Assembly (NCBI RefSeq): GCF_009914755.1
Contig: NC_060927.1
Source: the human T2T-CHM13v2.0 reference genome, Homo sapiens
Strand: one strand, 5' to 3'
Length of the DNA stretch: 64,000 nt
Shown here: positions 48,086-64,000 of the stretch, piece by piece
How positions within the stretch are numbered: position 1 is the stretch's first letter
Layout of the letters: every line of letters starts with the position of its first letter
Position numbers and translations under genes: made by a program
The notes under the pieces: generated by a model
Told to the model about the DNA's origin: nothing
The model's database searches: none
Seen by the model: only the letters and a program-made list of their open reading frames with translations

Positions 48086-50463
48086 ACTCCTGCTCCAAGA
48101 TGGCCAATTAGATGGAGCCAGAAGAACATTTCCCACTGACATCCCGACATTGGGAAGATGGTTGCACTCCTAGCACATCTTCAGAGGGAAGACATTGCAA
48201 GCAAATGGAGGGAAGACATAGAGGCTGGATTGAAGGGGGAAGAAGCTGGGAATTCTGCATGGGGCTACCATGCACCAGGATTCATTCCTGACCTTCAGCA
48301 ACTCCTGCAGAGGGGGTGAGTTGAACAGACAAGGAACAATCTGCTCTTGCCACAGGCCCCACAAATCCTGGCAGGGAGAGATCCCTCAACCACCACAGAC
48401 ACTTATGTTGACAGGGAAAGCTGCTTAGAGAAGTAGTAGGGGCAGAACTCTGGTCAGGGTGGAGCCCAGAGGGTTTGGTGTGGGAGCATCTGTAGTGGAG
48501 CATGGCCAGAGATGCCTCTCCCGCTAGGCTTCACTTGCTCCAATAGGAGACTTTAGCCCCTAGAGGAACTGTCTGACCTGAACTCTGCAAGGTGATCTGG
48601 CCCATGAGATAGAGCCGGGTCAGACCTGAGCACCCCTCAGTTGGCTAGCCTCTCCCAGGGCCCCAGCCTGGCTGTGCCTGCATCAGTGCAGCCCTCAGGT
48701 AATTTGTGGGTACCCACATCATAGCTCCTGCACTGGCAGGCCACGCTTGGTCGGCAGAGAGCTCCAGCATAGCAGCCCCCACTGACAGGCTGCAGCCCAC
48801 CCACACCCTTCCTCCACTGCAGCCTCCCCATGCCACTTTGCCTGCACACACGTCACCATGGCCGCTCTCTATATCACTTTGCAGGCATGTGTGTGTGTGC
48901 GTGCACCCTGCCATGCCACACCTGCCTACATGAGTGTCCTTGCCCTTGCTTCCCCCTGCCACACCGCCATTGTTTTCAGAATGTTGGTGGGCTCCTTTCC
49001 TCACCAGTGCCTTGCCCCTGCACCAGGGGTGCTGGCATAAAACTAGGCATGGAAAATAGTGGACTTGCCCCTAGCCCTGAGCAGCCACTGCTGCCGGCAT
49101 CAACGCATACAGTGGATACACACAGTCCTGCTCCCACCAGTACCCTGCCCCCGTGCTAACACCACCATTGTGCAAATGTGAGCATAGTCACTAATAGGAG
49201 GGGGTGCCCCCCCCAGCCATACTTCAAATGCTTGAATGGAAGCTGGCACCTCAGTACCCACTAGCACCCTGCCCCAGCAGACAAGTGTGCTCCCCACTGC
49301 ATTGCCGCTGCCATTGGCACATGAAAACAAGATCCCGCTGCCACCACCATATGAAGTACTTTGGTTGGCACCACCCAGCAGAGTGTTGTGACCAGCAGTC
49401 CCAGAGCACCTTGACCCCTCCAGTGCAGCAGATTCCTAATCTCAAGCCAGATTTCAAAGCCAAGCTTGATATCAGTTTCCAGAGTGAAACCAGACATTAT
49501 AGAAGTCCTGAGCTGAGCCTTGGTCTCCTAAAATCTTCCAGTAATGAAGCTAGTTGACTGAACCCATCTTATATCACAATCAAACCCCCAAGGTCATTAA
49601 GTAGTATAAAAGGGAAAAAAAAACCATCCAAAGGATAGCAGGTTCAAATATTGAAGGAATATTAGCCCACAAAGATGAGAAAGAACCAGTGCAAGAACTC
49701 TGACAACTCAGAAAGCCAGAGTATCTTCTTTCCTCCAAACAATTGCAACAGTTCTCCAACAAGGGTTCTTAACTGGGCTGAGATGGCTGAAATGACAGAA
49801 ATAGAATTCAGAATATGAATAGGAATGAAGATCATTGAGATTCAGAAGAACGTTGAAACACAATCTAAGGAAGCTAAGAATCACAGTAAAACAATACAGG
49901 AGCTGACAGACGAAATAGCCAGTATAGAAAAGAACATAACCAATCTGATAGAGCTGAAAAACACTCTAGAAGAAGTATTAACAGCAGAATAGACCAAGCT
50001 GAGGAGAGAATCTCAGAGCTTGAAGACTGGCTTTCTGAAATAAGACAGACAAGAATAAAGAAAAAAAGAATGAAAAGGAACAAACAAAACTTCCGATAAA
50101 TATAGGATTATCAAGAGATTGAATCTGCAACTCACTGGCATCCCTGAAAGAGATCGGGAAAATGGAAAGAACTTGGAAAACGTATTTCATTATATCATCC
50201 ATGAGAACTTCCCAACCTAGCTAGAGGGCCAACATTCAAATTCAGGAAATGCAGAAAACTCCCAGAAAATACTTCACAAGAGGATCATCCCCAGTACATG
50301 TAAGTCATCATATTCTTCAAGGTTGAAATGAAAGAAAAAATATTACAGGCAGCTAGAGAGAAAGGACAGCTCACCTACAAAGGGAAGCCCATCAAACAAA
50401 TAGTGGACCTCTCAACAGAAACCCTACAAGCCAGAAGAGATTGAGGGCCAATATTCAACATTC

Positions 50464-50654
50464 TTTTTTTTTTTTTTTGAGACAGAGTCTTGCTGTGTTG
50501 TCCAGGCTGGAGTGCAGTGTCATGATCTTGGCTCACTGCAACCTCCACCTCCTGGGTTCAAGCAGTTCTCCTCAGCCTCCCAAGTAGCTGGGATTACAGG
50601 CACATGCCTGGCTAATTTTATGTTTCTAGTAGAGACAGGGTTTTGCCATGCTGG
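50464..50654 (-). mobile_element. 5'-truncated AluS in L1 ORF1
   Basis: T tract + right arm + partial left arm; TSD tattcaacattctt / tatcatcattctt. Confidence 0.88.
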
Positions 50655-52063
50655 TATCATCATTCTTAAAAAAAGGAAATCTCAGCAAAGAATTTCATAT
50701 CCAGCCAAACTAAGCTTCATAAGCAAAGGGGAAAGAAGATCCTTGTCAGGCAAGCAAATGCTGAGGAAATTAGTTACCACCAGACCTGCCTTACAAGAGC
50801 TTCTAAACGAAGCACTAAATATGGAAAGGAAAGACCATTGCCAACCACCACATACACACACTTAGGTACACAGACCAGTGACACTATAAAGCAGCCACAC
50901 AAGTTAGCAAATAGCTTAAACAAATAAACACGAACACAGGATAAAATTTACACATTCACTACTAACCTTGGATGTAAATGGGCAAAATGCCCCAATTAAA
51001 AGGCACAGAGTAACAAGGTGGATAAAGAAGCAAGACCCAGTGGTATGCTGTCTTCAAGAGACCCATCTCACATTCATTGATACCCATAGGCTAAAAATAA
51101 AGGGATGGAGAAAAATCTACCAAGCAAATGGAAAACAGAAAAAAGCAGGGATTGCAATCCTGATTTCAGACAAAACAGATTTCACACCAACAAAGATCAA
51201 AAAGACAAAAGAGCATTATATAATGGTAAAGGGTTCAATTCAACAAGAAGACCTAACTATCCTAAATATATATGCGCTCAACACAGGAGCACTCAAATTC
51301 ATAAAGCAAATTCTTAGAGACCTTCAAAGAAACTTAGACTCCCACACAACAATAGTGGGAGACTTCAACACCCCACTTACAGTGTTAGATCATCAAGGCA
51401 GAAAATTAGTGAAGATATGCAGGACCTGAACTCAACACTGGACCAAATGGATGTGATAGACATCTACAAAACTCCACCCCAAAACAACAGAATATACATT
51501 CTTATCTGCACATGGCACATACCCTAAAATTAACTACACCGTTAGACATAAAACAATCATCAGCAAATACAAAGCAAGCAAAGTCACATCAACCACTTTC
51601 TCAAACCACAGAGCAATAAAAATAGAATTCAAGAATAGGAAAATCTCTCAAAATCACACAATTACAGGGAAATTGGACAACTTGCTCCTGAATGACTTTT
51701 AGGTAAATAATGAAATTAAGGTGGAAATCAAGTTCTTTGAAACTAATGAGAACAAAGATACAACATATGAGGATCTCTGGAACACAGCTAAGACAGTGTT
51801 AAGAGGGAACTTTATTGCACTAAACACTCATATCAAAAAGCTAGAAAGATCTCTAACAACCTAACATCACAACTAAAAGAACTAGAAAAGCAAGAGCAAA
51901 CCAACCTCAAAGCTAGCAGAAGATAACCAATACCAAAATCAGATCTGAAGTGAAGAAGATTGAGACACAAAAAAATTCAAAAGATCAATGAATCAAGATG
52001 ATTTTTTGAAAAAAATAATAAAATAGTCCATTAGCTAGACTAATAAGAAAAGAGAGAAGACCC

Positions 52064-52365
52064 AGCCAGATGAAATGGCTCATGTCTGTAATCCCAGTAC
52101 TTTGGGAGGCCAAGTCCAGAGGTCCAGGTGGACCACTGGAACCTGGGAATTTGAGACCAGCTTAGGCAACATGGCAAAACCCCATCTCTACAAAAAATAC
52201 TAAAATTAGCCAGTCATGGTGGCACACACCTGTAGTCCCAGCTACTCGTGAGGCCAAAGTGGAAGGATTGCTTGGATCTGAGAGGTAGAGGTTACAGTAA
52301 GCCAAGATCATACCACTGCACTCAAGCCTGGGTAACAGAGTGAACTCTGTCTCAAAAAAAAAAAA
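52064..52365 (+). mobile_element. AluJ in L1 ORF2
   Basis: Diverged dimer with A tail. Confidence 0.88.
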
Positions 52366-55300
52366 TTCAAATAAACACAATCTGAAATGACAAAGGGAAT
52401 ATTACCACTCACCGCATAGAAATACAGGTAACAACCAGAGAGTATTTTGAACACCTCTGTGCATGCAAACTAAAAAATTCAGAACAAATGGATAAATTCC
52501 TGGGTACATACACCCTCCCAAGACTGAACTAGGAAGAAATTGAATCCCTGAACAGACAAATGACAAACTCCAAAACTGAATCAGTAATAAATAGCCTACC
52601 AGCCAAATAAATAAATAAATAAATAAGCTCTAGACCAGACGGATTCACAGCCAAATTCTACAGATATACAAAGAAAAGCTGGTGCCATTCCTCTGAAACT
52701 ATTCCCAAAAAATGAGAAGAGACTCCTCCCCAACTCATTCTATGAGGTCAGCATCATTCTGATACCAAAACCTGGCAGAGACACACCACCACCACCACCA
52801 ACAACAACAGACACTTCAGGCCATTATCCTTGATGAACATTGATGCAAAAATCCTCAACAAAATACTAGCAAACCAAATCCAACAGCACACCAAAAAGCT
52901 TATCCACTGTGATCAAGTAGGCTTTATCTCTGGTATGCAAGGTTGATTTCAACATACTCAGATGAATAAATGTGATTAAACACATAAATAGAACTAAAGA
53001 TAAAAACCCCATGATTATCTCAATAGATGCGGAAAAGGCTTTCAAAAAAATTCAACATTTCTTCATGTTAAAAACTCTCAATGAACTAGATATTGGAGGA
53101 ACATACCTCAAAATAATAAGAGCCATCTATGACAAACCCACAGCCAACCTCATACTGAATAGACAAAAGTTGGAAGCATTCCACTTGAAAACTGGCACAA
53201 GGATGTCCTCTCTCACCATTCATATTGAACAGATTGTTGGAAACCTGACCAGAGCAATTAGGGAGAACAAAGAATTAAAAGGCCTCTACGTAGGAAGAGA
53301 AGAAGTCAGTCTATCTCTGTTTTCAGATGACATGGTTCTATTCTAGAAAACCCCATAATCTCGGCCCAAAAGCTCCTTAAGCTGATAAACAACTTCAGCA
53401 AAGTTTCAGAATACAAAATCAGTGTACAAAAATCACTAGTATTCCTATACCCAACAACAGCTAAGCTGAGAGCCAAATCAGGAAGGTAGTCCCATTCACA
53501 ATTGCCACACACAAAAATAAAGTATGTAGGAATACAGCTAATCAAGGAGGTGAGAGATCTCTACAATGAGAATTACAAAACACTGTTCAGAGAAATCAGA
53601 GATGACACAAACAAATGGAAAAACATTCCATGCTCATGGATAGGAAGAATCAGTATTGTTAGAATAGCCAAGGCAATCCTAAGCAAAATGGACAAAGCAG
53701 GAGACATCATGCTACTCTACTTTGTTGTTTTAAATACACTAACTTTAAAATATACTACAAGGCTGCAGTAACCAAAACAGCATAGTATTGGTACAAAAAC
53801 AGACACATAGACCAGTGGAACAGAATAGAGAGACCAGAAATAAGGCTATACACCTACAACTATCTGCTCTTTGACAAAGCTGACAAAAATAAGCAATGGG
53901 GAAATGATTCCTTATTCAAGAAATGGTGCTGGGATACCTGCTTAACCATATGCAGAAGATTGAAACTGAACCCCTTCCTTATACCATATGTAAAAATCAA
54001 CTCAAGATGGATTAAAGACTTAAATATAAAAACCCTGGAAGACAACCTAGGCAATACCATTGTGTACATGGGAACAGGCAAAGATTTCATGATGAAAACA
54101 CCAAAAGCAATTGCAACAAAAGCAAAAATTGACAAATGGGATCTATTTAAAGAGCTTCTGCATGGGAAAAGAAACTATCAACAGAGTAAACAGACAACCT
54201 ACAGAATAAGATAAAATTTTTGCAACCTGTGCACCCGACAAAGGTCTAATATCCATCTATAAGAAACTTAACACATTTACAAGAAAAAAACAACTTCAAT
54301 ATAAAGTAGGCAAAGGACATGTACAGTCACTTTTCAAAAAAAGACATACACGTGGCCAAGAAGCATATGAAAAATTCAGCATCACTGATCATTAGAGAAA
54401 TGCAAATCAAAACCACAATGAGATACCATCTCACACCAGTCAGAATGGCTACTATTTAAAAGTAAAAAATAATAATAATAACAGATGGTGGTGAGGTTGT
54501 GGAGAAAAGGGAACACTTATACACTGTTGGTGGGAGTGTAAATTAGTTCAACCATTGTGGAAAGTAGTGTGGCAGTTCCTCAAAGACCTAAAAACAGAAC
54601 TACCATTTGACTAAGCAATCCCATTACTGGGTACATACCCAGAGGAATATAAATCATTCTGTTATAAAGACACATGCATGCATATGTTCATTGTAGCACT
54701 AATAAATTTTTTGGAAAAAAGAATAGAGAAAAAATTATAAGTAAAAAAGCCAGACTCAAAAGGATACATATTGAATGATTTTGTTTATGTAAAGTTCAAG
54801 AATAGGCAAACCTGAACTATAGTCATGGTTGGTAGTATTCACTAGAAAGATCACAACAGAACCTTTTAGATGGTGGAATTAATTCTGCATCATGATATGC
54901 CATGGTGATTCCCTAAGCAAAAATTCATCAAGTTGTATACTTAGATTTGTGCCTATTGCCATATGTAAACTGTACTTTGGTACATTAAGAGAGAAAAAGA
55001 AAGATGGCATAGTTTGCAACCTGGATAGTGGAAGTGACAATAAAGATAAAAGGACACATTCAAGAGACTTGTTTTTAGAGGTATGTGAAGTGGGAGGGGC
55101 GACTGTTGAGTGTATGTAGAAGCCATTAGCCACAGGAGGGTATGCAAAAGGAGTGGACAGGTTTTAAACCAGGAGTTCTTAATCTTAAATGCACATACAA
55201 TTAAAGTTTTTAATATCCTGGCCACTCTACAGATTAATTAAAACAGGATTTCTCAGATGATTTCAATGTGTAGGAAAGGTGAAGAACTAGTGCCTGTGAC

Positions 55301-55459
55301 AGCTGAGCTCAAGGACTCTGTTGGATTTTGGGTAGAGCTGCTACATCTAAAAGGTATTAAGAGGGTATTATAAGTAATTTGTTACTAATACAGTGCTGAT
55401 TTGAAAAACATTTACTTCTTATAAATTTGAGTGGATTTGAGATTATATCTATAATATTC

Positions 55460-55745
55460 TTCTTGTTTATTTATTCAAAACACATTGTATGCCCACCATA
55501 TATAAGATATTGTTCCAGCTGCTGGGGATTCAGCATAAAACAAGACAGAGAAAATCCCTGTATTCTTGTAGTTTATGTTCTAGAGGGGGAGATAGAGGAT
55601 AAATATATATATATATAACTGGCATGAGGTAAATTCTTCAAAGAAAATGAAGCAATGAGAATCACAGAAATAGGGCATGGCACTTTTTAAAGTAGGGCAG
55701 TTAGGCATGACCTCTCTAAAGAGGTGACACTGACTCTGCAGGTTA
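55460..55745 (-). mobile_element. L2 3' fragment
   Basis: tttatttattcaaaacacattgtatgcccacc...gctggggattcagca...gacctctctaaagaggtgaca. Confidence 0.65.
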
Positions 55746-56265
55746 TTAAAACATTGAACATTTCAGGACCCCAGTGACTGACCCCACAACAATTCCCCTT
55801 CAGTTGCCAAACTCTGGGCTTCCTCAGCCATTGACCTCTAGAAGACCCCAGTAATCTACTGGTATTGGCCCCCACATACTATTGCTAGAAGCTGTACCAT
55901 CACTAAAACTCTGAAGCTTCTCGAACATTAATCCACGTACCAGAAACACTAATCCACCCTGACTCCAGAGCTGCTGACAGCTTCCCTTGGACTATAAATC
56001 AGACAGACTTCCAGTCATAAGACACTGAGACACTGCAAGACCCCAGATAAATCACTGGACTCACATAGATGTCTCCATCAGTGATCTAATATACCTGTTA
56101 ATCCCTCATACCCCAACACTGATACTCAGAATTTTCCTGTATTCTGCAGTGCCCAGTAGTTCAACAAATCTTTTGTCATTATAGTTCTTTCAAACCTTGC
56201 TATTTGAAGTTTGATTCAAAGACAAATAGCGTCAACAAAATTTGAGAGTTTGTTAGAAATTGATT

Positions 56266-56544
56266 GTCACGGCCTGTAATCTCAGCACTTTGGGAGGCTA
56301 AGGAGGGAGGATCACTTGAAACCAGGAGTTTGAGATCAGCCTGGGCAACAAGCAAGACCCCATCTCTACAAAAAATAAGAATTAGCAAGGCATGGTGGCA
56401 CATGCTTGTAGTCCCAGGTACTTGAGAGGCTGAGGTGGGAGGATGACTTGAGCCCTGGAGGTCGAGGTTGCAGTGAGCCATGATTGCATCACTGCGTTCA
56501 AGTCTGGGCAACAGAGCAAGACCCTGTCTCATAAAAAAAAAAAA
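56266..56544 (+). mobile_element. AluJ (slightly 5'-truncated)
   Basis: ggaggatgacttgagccc...gagccatgattgca J diagnostics. Confidence 0.9.
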
Positions 56545-57057
56545 TGCCTGAATGATTGGAATGGTAGATATATAGAAAGAAGTCTAGGCCAGAGATTTAG
56601 ATATTAGCAATCAATGATTGTTGACATCAGAACAGTGCGCCAAATAACCAAGGGGGAATATTTTAGATAAAGAATTGGATGAAGGAAAAAGGAAGAAGAC
56701 CTAGCTAAGTAGACTGTAAAGGAGCAGTCAGACGGGAGAATCAGTAGAAGCCAACAAAGGAAACATTTCAAGAGCAGAGATAGGGTGAGGCAGGGACGCT
56801 TCCTGTGGCCAACATTATTTCACACCAGCATCAATGCCAGAGGCTGCAGAGGAATGACACAATGATAGGATTGGATATGGAGGCCATCAGTGGAGATTTT
56901 AGTTTAAATAAAGTGTTTTGAATTTTTGGATAAGTAGAAACTTAACCAAAGTTGGCTGAGGAATGAAAGAGCAGTGTAGGAATATAGAGGCAGAAATGAG
57001 GATACCTCTGTAGAAGTTTGGTGAAAAACAAAATGGACAGGGTTAGGGAAGGCTTTT

Positions 57058-63880
<6,823 letters not shown>

Positions 63881-64000
63881 AGGGAAGGCTTTTAGTGCAG
63901 GAAAAGAGTTGGCAGAGAAGGGGGACATGGAGATTTCAGTGAGGAGAGATTGCTCAGTGGGGCATTATTCCACAGGGACTGGGAAGGAAGGATAGAAATA

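Larger units (their letters stand above)
48088..54746 (+). mobile_element. Near-full-length older primate L1 (about L1PA13-16) lacking most of its 3'UTR; contains two Alus
   Basis: ccaagatggcc 5' end, long GC-rich 5'UTR, ORF1/EN/RT peptides (50968, 52972, 53960); degenerate TSD aagccagac (48073-48081, 54747-54755). Confidence 0.88.

Overview
Human-type genomic DNA from inside the DOCK3 gene (dedicator of cytokinesis 3, a neuronal Rac-GEF), transcribed on the + strand. Four coding exons (6870-7018, 17778-17862, 31665-31706, 32652-32806; probably exons 6-9) have canonical AG/GT ends and splice in frame into KHKVDLFYKLRHVMNELIDLRRQLLSGHLTQDQVREVKRHITVRLDWGNE-HLGLDLVPRKDFEVVDSDQISVSDLYKM-HLSSRQSVQQSTSQ-VDTMRPRHGETCRMPVPHHFFLSLKSFTYNTIGEDTDVFFSLYDMREGKQIS. 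The rest is intron dominated by transposable elements: several near-full-length but decayed L1s, about 20 Alus including a human-specific AluYb8, a MER9 solo LTR, MaLR LTRs, MER1B, and L2/MIR/HAL1-like relics. Nearly all ORFs in the supplied track are repeat-derived or spurious. I see no new multi-gene system. The most unusual signals come from retrotransposition: (i) a 375-bp non-repeat, polyadenylated, TSD-flanked orphan insert in an L1 ORF1, followed by a second poly(A) and a 33-bp duplication; (ii) the same L1 ORF1 site hit again in another L1 copy; (iii) a mirror-image Alu-L1 5'UTR ... L1 5'UTR-Alu inverted repeat about 1 kb downstream of exon 9; (iv) ORF0-like antisense ORFs in three L1PA7/8-type 5'UTRs, two of them sense to DOCK3; (v) a twin-primed L1 and two probable short 3' transductions. 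Subfamily names and exon numbers come from recognition and memory, not from a database search.
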